Positions 35,711 through 47,687 of a stretch of DNA of 64,000 nucleotides are shown here, piece after piece. Position 1 is the first letter of the stretch, and every line of letters starts with the position of its first letter. This stretch comes from Mobula hypostoma (taxonomy: Eukaryota). The stretch spans positions 89,530,001 through 89,594,000 of the forward strand of contig NC_086097.1 of assembly GCF_963921235.1 (NCBI RefSeq), given 5' to 3'. The notes below the pieces were generated by a model that did not search any database, was not told where the DNA came from, and was given only the letters and a program-made list of their open reading frames with translations. The translations under genes and the position numbers were made by a program.

Positions 35711-37924
35711 CCCAAAAGTAAGAGAAAGTCTAAGTCGCTAAGTTCAATTCATCTCCCAACTATGAAATTGTACTGAGCTGCAATACGATCCATTATCTCC
35801 AGAAAGGAGAGACAGGCAGGGTGTTTATCCTGGCTTCTCTCTGTGTGCACTGGGTACATTCCATCACTAGCTCTCGCCTCATGCCTATACAAACATACTT
35901 ATGTTAGGTCTCTTGATAGGTAAGCAAACAGTCCCATTCAGCAAAGTCTAATTGAGTTGGCCAGTTAAAGGCATTGATGGCCCTGGTTGGTATTACGTGC
36001 TTTTGCTTTTAACATCTGCACATGTAATCATCTGTGAGTGAAATTCGGGAAGATCAATGTCAAAATCTAAATTAAAAGCTATTTTCACAGGGATATACTC
36101 ATGTTGGAAAATGTCATCTGCCTATTTACACAAGAATATCTGTGCATTGACAGTGATCACATCTCTGTTTGCACAGAAATACACAAATTGACTTTGTTCG
36201 CCTCCATTTATGGTACTACAATTAGCCAGTTCTTAATGGACTTGGGATCAGATAATACTGACATTTGTTTTACAATTCAGTCTATGTCATTGGGCTCAGC
36301 ACTTGCAGCACCAGGATCAGCCAGTGAACGCAAGACCCCAGTTTCTTAGGGTGTGTATACAATTTCAGTGAGAGTAGGTAGGTCAGGTGATCTCCTGTCC
36401 TGACCAATGAAATCAACGAATCTTGCGATGGTCGGGGCATCATGGGTTCTTCGATGTGGTTGGCATGTCCAATGAGTGGCATGCGGTATGTTCCTAGACT
36501 TCATGAAAGTATCAGGTGAATGGCAAATCCAGCATTAGAGTCATAAAGTCATAGAAAAGTACAGCAGAGAAAGAGGCTCTCCTGCTCACCTAGTCCGTTC
36601 TGAACCATTTAAACTGTTACTTCCATTGATCTGCACTGGGACCATAGCCCTCCATAGCCCTGCCATCCATGTACTTATCCAAAACTTCACTTAAATGCTG
36701 AAATGAAGCTCGCTTGCACCACTTGTGCTGGCAGCTCGTTCCACATTCTTATGGCCCTCTGAATGAAGTTTCCCCTCACGTTTCCCTTAAACCTTTCACC
36801 TTTCACTCTTAACCCGTGAGCTCTAGTTGTAGTCCCACCCAACTTCAGTGGAAAAAACCTGCTTACTTTTATCCTATCTACACCCCACTAGTTTTGTATA
36901 CCTCTATCAAAATTCCCCTCAATCTTCTATGTTCCAAAGAATAAAGTCCTAACCTATTCAATCCTTCCCTTAAACTCAGGTCCTCCAGACCTGGTAAAAT
37001 CCTTGTAAACTTTCTCTGTACTCTTTCAACCTTATTTGCATCTTTCCTGTAAGTAAGTGACCAAAACTACCCACAATACTCCAAGTTAGGCCTCAGGAAC
37101 ATCTTATACAACTTCAACATAATGTCCCATATCCTGTACTCAATACTTTGATTTCTGAAGGCCAATCTGCTGAAAGCTTTCTTTATGACTCTTTCTACCT
37201 GTGCAACCACTTCAAATGAATTATGCAACTGTATTTCTCGATCCCTTTACTCTACTGCACTCCTCGGTGCCTTGCTGTTCACTGTATATGACCTACCTTA
37301 ATTGGTCCTATCAAAGTGCAACAACTTGAACTTGCCGGCATTAAGTTCCATCTGTCGTGTTTCAGCCCATTTTTTCCAGCTGGTTCAGATCCTGCCACAA
37401 GCTCTGATAGTCTTCCTCACTGTCCACTACACCCCCAAGCCTGGTGTCATCTGTAAATTTGCTGATCCAGTTAACCACATTATCACCCAGATCGCTGATC
37501 TGGACAACAAACAACAATGGACCTAGCACCGATCCCTGCGGCACTCCACTATTCACAAGCCTTCATTCAGAGAGGCAACCATCTACTATCGCTCTCTGGC
37601 TTCTCCCGTGAAGCCAAAGTCTAATGCAATTTACTACCTCACCTTGAATGCCGAGCGACTGAACCATCTTGATCAACCTCCCATGTGGGACCTTGTCAAA
37701 TGTCTTACTAAAGTCCATGTAGACAACATCCACTGCCTTGCCTTCATGAACTTTCCTGGTACCTTCCTTGAAAAACTCTATAAGATTGGTTAGAAACGAC
37801 CTATCATGTACAAAGCCTTGCTGACTAAGCCTACTCAGTCCATATCCATCCAATACTCATATTTCAGTGCCTTAGAATACCTTCCAATAACTTTCCCACT
37901 ACTGATGTCAGGCTCACCGGCCTT

Positions 37925-38600
37925 CATAGAAGGACTAAGTTTGATTCTGACAAAGGATGTTTCTAAATTCTAAGATTTGTGTGATTATTAGACTGTAGTT
38001 TATGTTGCTTTCCTTCAGTTTTCTATGTTTTCCTTCTTGCTGCCAATTGATGGGCTGGGGTACTGGGCGGGCGATTGTGTTGGTTATTGTGAGATGGAGG
38101 GACTGGGGATTTTGGGTTTGATTTTCTTGTTGGTATTTCTCTGTGTGGGTGATCTGTTAGTTTTTGTGCATAAGAGAGGGGGTGGGGGGGTTGATGCTAT
38201 TGTTGCAGTTCTTTTCTGTGGGGGGTTGGGGTTTGATGATATTTTTGCTGATTTTTTGGGAGGAAGGGGATCAAGGATTTGACATTATTGTCGCTGTGTT
38301 TTTTTGCTAGGAGGGGGTTGTCTGCTTGATATTATCGCTTTTTTTTTGCGAGTGAGGGGGTTGGTGGTTCGGGGTTTGATGTTCCAGCTGCTGTTTTCCA
38401 TGTGGGCAGTCTGTTAGCTTTTGTGCGAGGGAAAGGGTGGGTGTTTGGGGGTTTGTGAGTTTTGTTTCTTTTTCCTTTCCGTGCAGGGAGGAAGTTGATG
38501 TCTTTTCTCTTTTCTGTATTTCATGGCTTTCTGAAGACGAATATCAGGTTGGTATTGTACATGCATATTTGACAATAAATTAACCTTTGAACTTTTGAAC
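37925..38600 (+). mobile_element. G/T-rich non-autonomous retroposon with shared 3' tail, inserted in CR1
   Basis: Ends ...ttgacaataaattaacctttgaacttttgaac. 3' part resembles 12450-12650. Confidence 0.6.
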
Positions 38601-39636
38601 ATTAGCTGTTGTCCAATCCTTAGATACTCAACTGTGGCCAAGGATAATTTAAGTACCTCTGCTAGGGCCCTTACAATTTTTGCATTTGCCTCCCACAGGG
38701 TGTGAGGCAATACCTTGTCAGGCCCTGGGATTTATCCACCCTAATTTGCCTCAAGATAGCAAATACCTCCTCCTCTGTAATCTGTATAGAGTCCATGACC
38801 ATGCTGCTGCTTTGCCTCACTTCTATAGACACTGGTCCATCTTCCAAGAAAATACAGATGCAACAAATCCATTTAAGATTTCTCTCATCTCTTTTGGCTC
38901 CATGCATAGGTTGCCATTTGGATCTTCAAGAGGACCAATTTTGTAGCTTGCAATCCTTTTGCTCTCAACATATCTGTAGAATCCCTCAGGATTCTCCTTC
39001 ACCTTGTCTACTAGGGCAACCTTATGCCTTCTTTTAGCCCTCCTGATGTATTTCTTAAATGTTCTCTTGCATTTCTTATACTCTATAAGCACCTCATTTG
39101 TCCCTATCTGCCTGTACCTGATTGCATATCCTTTTTTCTCTTAACCAGGGCCTCAATATCTCTTGAAAACCAAATTCCCCTTAGCCTATTGTCTTTACTT
39201 CTTATTCTGACAGGCAAGTATAAGCTTTGTACTCTCAAAATTTCCCTTTTGAAGACCTCCCACTTACCAAGTATACCTTTGCCAGATAATAGCATATCCC
39301 AATCCATACCTGCCAGATTCTTTCTGATATCATTTAAAAATTGACCTTTCTCCTATTTAGAATCTCACGCTGTGGACCAGACCTATCTTTTTGCATGTTT
39401 ACTTTGAAATTAATGGCATAATGATCACAAGATGTGAAGTGTTCCCTTAAATTCTGCCATCTGCCCTGTCCACATCCTAAAGGCAGATTAAGTATTGCAC
39501 ACTCTCTCATTGGGACTTCTACGTACTGATTAAGGAAACTTTCCTGAACACATTTGACAAACTCATCCAATCTAGTCCTTTTACAGCATGGGATAGAGTT
39601 CAATATATGGAAGGATAAAATCACCTACTATAACAA

Positions 39637-40395
39637 GTGAGGCGACACTTCACCTGTGAGTCGGCTGGGGTGATATACTGCATCCGGTGCTCCTGATGTG
39701 GCCTTCTATATATTGGCGAGACCCGACGCAGACTGGGAGACCGCTTTGCTGAACACCTACGCTCTGTCCGCCAGGGAAAGCAGGATCTCCCAATAGCCAC
39801 ACATTTTAATTCCACATCCCATTCCCATTCTGATATGTCTATCCACGGTCTCCTCTACTGTAAAGATGAAGCCACACTCAGGTTGGAGGAACAACACCTT
39901 ATATTCCGTCTGGGTAGTCTCCAACCTGATGGCATGAACATCGACTTCTCTAACTTCCGCTAATGCCCCTCCTCCCCCTCGTACCCCATCCGTTATTTAT
40001 TTATATATACACATTCTTTCTCTCTCTCTCCTTTTTCTCCCTCTGTTCCTCTGACTATACCCCTTGCCCATCCTCTGGGTTTTTTTCCCCCTCCCCCTTT
40101 TCCTTCTCTCTGGGCCTCCTGTCCCATGATCCTCTCATATCCCCTTTGCCAACCACCTGTCCAGCTCTTGGCTCCATCCCTCCCCCTCCTGTCTCCTCCT
40201 ATCATTTTGGATCTCCCCTCCCCCTCCCACTTTCAAATCTCTTACTAACTTTTCCTTCAGTTAGTCCTGACGAAGGGTCTTGACCCAAAATGTCAACTGT
40301 ACCTCTTCCTAGAGATGCTGCCTGGCCTGCTGTGTTCACCAGCAACTTTGATGTGTGTTGCTTGAATTTCCAGCATCTGCAGAATTCCTCGTGTT
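39637..40395 (+). mobile_element. 5'-truncated PLE: GIY-YIG domain + pyrimidine tract + pLTR with decayed hammerhead
   Basis: FTCESAGVIYCIRCS*CGLLYIGETRRRLGDRFAEHLRSVR...RLEEQHLIFRLGSLQPDGMNIDFSNFR*. Near-perfect TSD tactataacaa / tattataacaa (39626-36 / 40396-406). Confidence 0.92.
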
Positions 40396-41930
40396 TATTA
40401 TAACAACCTTATGTTTTTTGCACCAGTCTGTGATCCCTCTACAAATTTGTTCCACTAAATCCTGCAGACTGTTTAGTGTTCTATTATATAGCTCTTTTAA
40501 CGTGTTCATATCTTTCTTATTCCTCAGTTCCACCCATTCGCCTCACTAGACAAGTTCTCCAGTCTGTCCTGACAGAGTACTGTTGTGACATTTGCCCTGA
40601 GTAGTCACACCACTCCTCTCCCTACAGTCTCTCCCGTTTTGTTGCGCCTAAAACAATGGAACCCTACAATGTTGAGCTGCTGGTCCTGCCCCTCCTGCAA
40701 CCAAGTCTCACTAATGGCTACAATATCATAATTCCACTTGTAGATCCATGCTCCGTGCTAATTTGTCTTTTCTACGATACTTCTTGCATTGAAATAAATG
40801 CAGCTAATGAGATTATTTGCACCATGCTCAACCTTTTGTTTAAGACTTTGTCTGAGGTCTTAACAATATTTGTCTCCACACCCTCTCCACTAACTGTTCT
40901 GACACTCTGGTTCCCATCCCTCTCCAGTTCAGGTGCAAACTGTCTCTTCTGTACAAGTCACACCTTTCCGGGAAGAGAGTCCAATGACTCAATAACCTGA
41001 CACCCTCCCTTCTACACCAGCTACCAAACCATGTGTTAAACTGTATGATCTTCCTATTTTTGGCCTCACTAGGATGTGAGATGGGTAGCAATTCTGAGAT
41101 CACAACCCAGGAAGTCCTGTCCTTTAACTTAGCACCTAACTCCCTGAACTCATTTTGCAGAACCTCGTCACTCATCCTACCCATATCATTGTTACCTACA
41201 TGGACCATGACTTCTGGCTGTTCACCTGAGGTATCCCGGACCCTGGCACCTGGGAGGCAACATACCATCCGGGAATCTCATTCGCACCCACAGAACCTTC
41301 TGTCCACTCCCCTAACTAATGATTCCACCATCAGCACAGGCGTACCTCTTCTCCCACATTCTCTTCTAAGTCTCTAAGGCAGGCTCAGTGCTAGAGAGCC
41401 GAACACTGTGACTCTCCTCTGTTAGGTCATCCCTCTCTGACAGTATCCATAGTAATATACTTGTTGTTGAGGGGGATGGCTCCAGGGGTACTCTGCACTG
41501 GCTCCTTAACCCCTTTCCCCTTCCTGACTGTCACCTAGTCTCTTGTGTCCTGCACACTGGGTGTAATTACTTCTCTCAGCCTTTAGAGAGACCCAGATTT
41601 CATCCATTTCCAGCTCTAACTCTTTAACGCAGAGTGTTAGAAACTGCAGCCGGACACACTTTTCACAGACATAGTCATTGGGGACACTGGGACACTTCCC
41701 ACATCCTGCAAAGGGAGCATTTAACTATCTTGCCTGCCGTCCCTACTGTTCTAACTGAACAAACATAAAGAAGGAAAACAATAGATAAACTGGGGGGAGA
41801 AAAACTACCTACAGCTTTTCTACCTTCTTTCACTCAAGTCTCTCCTTGCTGAAGCCTTGAAGAGATAAAGCTTCAAGTAACCACTCTAACACTGTCCACT
41901 CCAGCGATGGCTGCTCTGCTTGCTCCTGCC

Positions 41931-42070
41931 TGTTTTTATATGTTCTTGCCAATCAATCTCAATTGCTGATTGGCCACTGGTCAAAACACTAAACTTCCAT
42001 GACTTGCTCCCTCAATCGGCAAACCTGATTGAGCTACGTTTTCTCACGGTTCTGATTGCTGATTGGCTGC
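41931..42070 (-). promoter_or_regulatory. Candidate TATA + duplicated CCAAT promoter at the CR1 5' end
   Basis: Minus-strand TATAAA at 41935-40. Repeat attgctgattggc (minus strand GCCAATCAGCAAT) at 41962-74 and 42055-67, oriented toward CR1 ORF1. Confidence 0.4.
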
Positions 42071-42119
42071 TGCTCAAAATCTTTGGCTCAACGGGTGCAA
42101 GTGACTCATGGATTTCTTT

Positions 42120-42308
42120 GTCATAGATTCATACAACATGGAAACAGGTCCTTCATCGTAACTCATCCATGATGACGAAGATGTCCATCTGACCTAGCCC
42201 TATTTGTCCATGTTTGGCCCATGTCCCTCTATACCTTTCCTATCCATATATCTGTACACGTGTCTTTTATATGTTGTTATTGTAACTGCCTCAACCACTT
42301 CCTCTGGA
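42120..42308 (-). mobile_element. CR1 3' tail fragment
   Basis: gtcatagattcatacaacatggaaacagg...cctctatacctttcctatccat...gcctcaaccacttcctctgg. Confidence 0.7.
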
Positions 42309-44072
42309 ACTAAGATTAAAACAATCCAAGAGCTCTGCCATGTTTTTCCCTTTCCCTGGATTATCCAGCCTAGGAAAATAAAGAGAGAGAGGTGGAATAA
42401 GATTAATGGAGGAAATCACTTGGGAACTAGCAAGGACAAAGTGGGTGACCTTTTCTGTGTGTTGGATGTTTATCATAAGAACTAAGGTTATTCAAGGCTT
42501 AGCCCAAACTCTCATTATTCTCTGTTTTTACATGCTTGCAGCAAATGATACTCAGCCAGACTATCACCCCTCTTGTTTTCAAATGTTTTTGTTGTGAAGC
42601 AACATCAGTTTAACCACAACCGACAATGTCCTAAAGTACAATGTTTCTTTTTTCTTTTCTTTCTTATAACAACATAATGAAAATCAAATGAATGAATGTA
42701 TAGTAAACAAGCAAAAAGCAAAGGAAACCCTACCACCCCGTCTCCTTTCCCCTTCCCAGCCCTCCCCTCCCCTCACCCCTCCCGTATGTGCTGTTTAGGT
42801 CCTACCGCACCCACCCCCCCCCCGCCACACTTAGTTCAGCTGTCGGTCTCTTCTAAATACAACAGTAATGGTTGCCAGATTTTTTCAAATTCCTTGAGTC
42901 TGTCCCTGATAACATATCTTATCCTTTCTAGATGCAGAGTATCCATTAATACAGCCAGCCATTGTCTGAGTGATGGAGTTTCCTCCTTTTTCCAGAACAT
43001 CAGTATGAGTTTCTTTCCATTAGGTCAGGAGTTGTTGCTGGGTAGCCTGGAATTTATTTGACCTCGCAGAAGTTCCAAAAATTATTAAAATGGGATCTGG
43101 TATTATCTGAACCTTTAGTACCTTCGATAGGACCTCAAATATTTGCTTCCAATACTCTTGCGTCCTGGGACATAAAGCATAACTATGTAACACATTTGCC
43201 TCCGAGGACTTGAATTTCTCACACATTGGGGACACCTCTGGGAATATTTTATGAATCCTTATTTTTGAGTAATGTAGTCTATGTTGGATCTTATATTGTG
43301 TTAAACAATGCCTGGCATTGATGGAACAGAAGTTAACATACTCCAAAGCCTCATTCCATACAACCTCCTCTTTCTCTGTACCCAACTCCTTTTGCCACTC
43401 TTTTTAAATATTATCCTTTGTTGTATAACACTTGTTTTGTATGGCATCATACAGGTAGGCAATGATGTGTTCTGTCCCTAAACATGATCTTAAATGATCA
43501 TCTAATTTATTAGGTTCTGCCGTCTCAAAACCAGAAAGGTGTGATCTTATACAGTGTCTTAGCTGGAGATACCTGAAAAAATGACTCTTTCGCAATCCGA
43601 ATTTGTCCTGGAGCTGCCGAAATGACGCAAAAATCCCTTGTATGTATAAGTCTCCAATGCTGCGTATCCCCAATTCTCGCCATGCATCAAAGGCCCCACC
43701 TATACATGAGGGGGATAAGAGGGGTTTGCTGATATAGGTACAAGAAAAGATAATGTTCTGAGTTTCAAATGCTTCCCCATTTGCCTCCACATCTGTATGG
43801 TGCTATGGATAATGGGATTGCCTCTATAACAGGCTTTATTTACCTGAATAGGGGACATAATGATTGCCCCTATGGAATATGGTAGGCAATCCTTACACTT
43901 TATCTCCAACCATCCGGGAAGTACAACTGTATCATCTATCCAGTATGCTATACTGTATAGCTAACGTTAGCAGCCCAGTAATAAAAAATAAAGTTAGGTA
44001 GTGCCAGCCCCCCACTAGTCTTATTCTTGCAGAGATGTTCTTTCCTAATTTGATGGGCTTTATAATTCCATA

Positions 44073-47000
44073 TGTAGGCCCCCGGCCAGCCTCAGGGTCA
44101 CTCGGCTTGCTGTCGTCTAGGGAAACAGCCCACGGCCCCGCCAAACTGGGTAATTACTTTGTGTGGATGCTGTGTGATGTACCCCACCCAGCCCAAATAA
44201 CAGACAATACACCAGATATGATTAAATGATTTACAGTTTATAGATATTACTGGAACTATATAATTAATAGAGAATAAAATATAAAAGGAAAATAAAAGGC
44301 GCCACACTTATCAAAGTTCAATCTCTTCGTGCACAAACAGTTGGAGCTCAGGACCCTTCTTCTTCACCCTGCGACCCCTCGGACCACCTCAACCGGCTGC
44401 CTGGGACCAACAACGGTGGTCGACCAGACGCTCCACACGAGTCCTCTCTTCGCTGAACGCCCTGCTCGGGGTCCGACCCCGTTAGCGGACTCACAGCACC
44501 TGGACCATCCTCTGTCTCTCTCTCCCACCTTCTGCCCCAAAACCCCGCGCATACAATATCTTCAGATACACCAAAAACATAACAACTATCCCAATTGAAC
44601 ATAGAACATAGAACATAGAATATAGAATAGTACAGCACAGTACAGGCCCTTTGGCCCACAATGTTGTGCCGACCCTCAAACACTGCCTCCCATATAAGCC
44701 CCCACCTTAAATTCCTCCATATACCTGTCTAGTAGTCTCTTAAACTTCACTAGTGAATCTGCCTCCACCACTGACTCAGGCAGTGCATTCCATGCACCAA
44801 CCACTCTCTGAGTAAAAATCCTTACTCTAATATCCCCCTTGAACTTCTCACCCCTTACCTTAAAGCCATGTCCTCTTGTATTGAACAGTGGTGCCCTGGG
44901 GAAAAGGCACTGGCTATCCACTCTATCTATTCCTCTTATTATCTTGTACACCTCTATCATGTCTTCTCTCATCCTCCTTCTCTCCAAAGAGTAAAGCCCT
45001 AGCTCCCTTAATCTCTGATCATAATGCATACTCTCTAAACCAGGCAGCATCCTGGTAAATCTCCTCTGTACCCTTTCCAATGCTTCCACATCCTTCCTAT
45101 AGTGAGGTGACCAGAACTGGACACAATACTCCAAGTGTGGCCTAAACAGAGTTTTATAGAGCTGCATCATTACATCGCGAATCTTAAACTCTATCCCTCG
45201 ACTTATGAAAGCTAACACCCATAAGCTTTCTTAACTATCCTATCCACCTGTGAGGCAACTTTCAGGGATCTGTGGACATATACCTCCAGATCCCTCTGCT
45301 CCTCCACACTACCAAGTATCCTGCCATTTACTTTGTACTCTGCCTTGGAGTTTGTCCTTCCAAAGTGTACCACTTCACACTTCTCTAGGTTGAATTCCAT
45401 CTGCCACTTCTCAGCCCACTTCTGCATCCTATCAATGTCTCTCTGCAATCTTTGACAATCCTCTACACTATCTACAAGACCACCAACCTTTGTGTCGTCT
45501 GCAAACTTGCCAACCCACCCTTCTACCTCCACATCCAGGTCGTTAATAAAAATCACAAAAAGTAGAGGTCCCAGAACCGATCCTTGTCGGACACCACTAG
45601 TCACAATCCTCCAATATGAATGTACTCCCTCCACCACGACTCTCTGCCTTCTGCAGGCAAGCCAATTCTGAATCCACCTGGCCAAACTTCCCTGGATCCC
45701 ATGCCTTCTGACTTTCTGAATAAGCCTACCGTGTGGAACCTTGTCAAATGCCTTACAGTGGATATGATCCATGTAGATCACATCCACTGCACTACCCTCA
45801 TCTATATGCCTGGTCACCTCCTCAAAGAACTCTATCAGGTTTGTTAGACACGATCTGCCCTTCACAAAGACATGCTGACTGTTCCTGATCAGACCATGAT
45901 TCTCTAAATGCCCATAGATCCTATCTCTAAGAATCTTTTCCAACAGCTTTCCCACCACAGATGTAAGGTTCACTGGTCTATAATTACCTGGACTAAGCCT
46001 ACTACCTTTTTTGAACAAGGGGACAACATTTGCCTCTCTCCAATCCTCCGGTACCATTCCCGTGGACAACGAGGACATAAAGATCCTAGCCAGAGTCTCA
46101 GCAATCTCTTCCCTTGCCTTGTGGAGCAGCCTGGGGAATATTCCATCAGGCCCCAGGGTCTTATCTATCCAAATTTATTTTAACAACTCCAACACCTCCT
46201 CCCCTTTAATATCAACATGCTCCAGAACATCAACCTCACACATATTGTCCTCACCGTCATCAAGTTCCCTCTCATTGGTGAATACCGAAGAGAAGTATTC
46301 ATTGAGGACCTCGCTGACTTCCGCAGCCTCCAGGCACATCTTCCCACCTTTATCTCTAATCGGTCCTACCTTCACTCCTGTCATCCTTTTTTTCTTCACA
46401 TAATTGAAGAATTCCTTGGGGTTTTCCTTTACCCTACTCGCCAAGGCCTTCTCATGCCCCCTTCTTGATCTTCTCAGCCCCTTCTTAAGCTCCTTTCTTG
46501 CTTCCCTGTATTCCTCAATAGACCCATCTTATCCTTGCTTCCTAAACCTCATGTATGCTGCCTTCTTCCACCTGACTAGATTTTCCACCTCACTTGTAAC
46601 CCATGGTTCCTTCACCCTACCATTCTTTATCTTCCTTACCAGGACAAAATTATCCCTAATGTCCTGCAAGAGATCTCTAAACATTGACCACATGTCCATA
46701 GTATATTTCCCTGCAAAAACATCATCCCAATTCACACCCGCAAGTTCTAGCCTTATAGCCTCATAATTTGCCCTTCCCCAATTAAAAATTTTCCTGTCCT
46801 CTCTGATTCTATCCTTTTCCATGATAATGCTAAAGGCCAGGGAGTGGTGGTCACTGTCCCCCAGATGCTCACCCACTGAGAGATCTGTGACCTGACCCAG
46901 TTCATTACCTAGTACTAGATCTAGTATGGCATTCCCCCAGTCAGCCTGTCCACATACTGTGACAGGAATCCATCCTGGACACACTTAACAAACTCTGCCC

Positions 47001-47687
47001 CATCTAAACCCTTGGAACTAATCAGGTGCCAATCAATATTAGGGAAGTTAAAGTCACCCATGATAACAACCTTGTTATTTTTGCACCTTTCCAAAATCTG
47101 CCTCCCAATCTGCTCCTCTGTATCTCTGCTGCTACCAGGGGGCCTATAGAATACCCCCAATAGAGTAACTGCTCCCTTCCTGTTCCTAACTTCCACCCAT
47201 ACTGACTCAAAAGAGGATCCTGCTACATTGCCCACCCTTTCTGTAGCTGTAATAGTATCCCTGACCAGTAATGCCACCCCTCCTCCCCTTTTTCCACCCT
47301 CTCTATCCCTTTTAAAGCACTGAAATCCAGGAATATTGAGAATCCATTCCTGCCCTGGTGCCAGCCAAGTCTCTGTAATGGCCACTACATCATAATTCCA
47401 TGTCTGTATCCAAGCTCTCAGTTCATCACCTTTGTTCCTGATGCTTCTTGCATTGAGGTACACACATTTCAGCCCTTCTACCTTACTACCTTTACACCGT
47501 TTATTCTGCTTCTCTTTCGTCAATTGGTTCGTAAAATCTTCTTATCACAGTCTAACCCAAAACAAGCTGCTAGCGCAAGACCTTTCTCAGCGTTTAACAT
47601 AACAAAGAAGCATTCCCAAGTATAACATAACAAAGCAGCCATTTTAATTAGCCTACGCAGTAACATAAAAGACGAAACCCCCTTACA
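44073..47687. mobile_element. Solo LTR (~686 bp once the nested CR1 is removed), 4-bp TSD
   Basis: TGTAGG...CCTTACA termini; TSD CATA (44069-72 / 47688-91). Confidence 0.88.
44598..47520 (-). mobile_element. Young CR1 LINE with nearly complete ORF2 (APE + RT), a few frameshifts
   Basis: TSD CAATTG (44592-97 / 47521-26) and (CTATGTT)n-type tail. LNARSIRNK, VAITETW, GDFNFP, GDSDH, QGSVLGP, KFADDTK, RPHLEYCVQFWSP, TRGH. Confidence 0.95.

Larger units (their letters stand above)
36536..41900 (-). mobile_element. Near-full-length degenerate CR1 (ORF1 zinc finger/leucine zipper + SGNH esterase; ORF2 APE-RT) with two insertions
   Basis: CSLCRMWE...YVCEKCVRLQFL; CLPGARVRD...VHVGNND...VVISELLP (ORF 40840..41268); VDVVYMDFSKTFDKVPH; GVPQGSVLGP...KFTDD. 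Tail agtcataaagtcatag. Confidence 0.9.
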
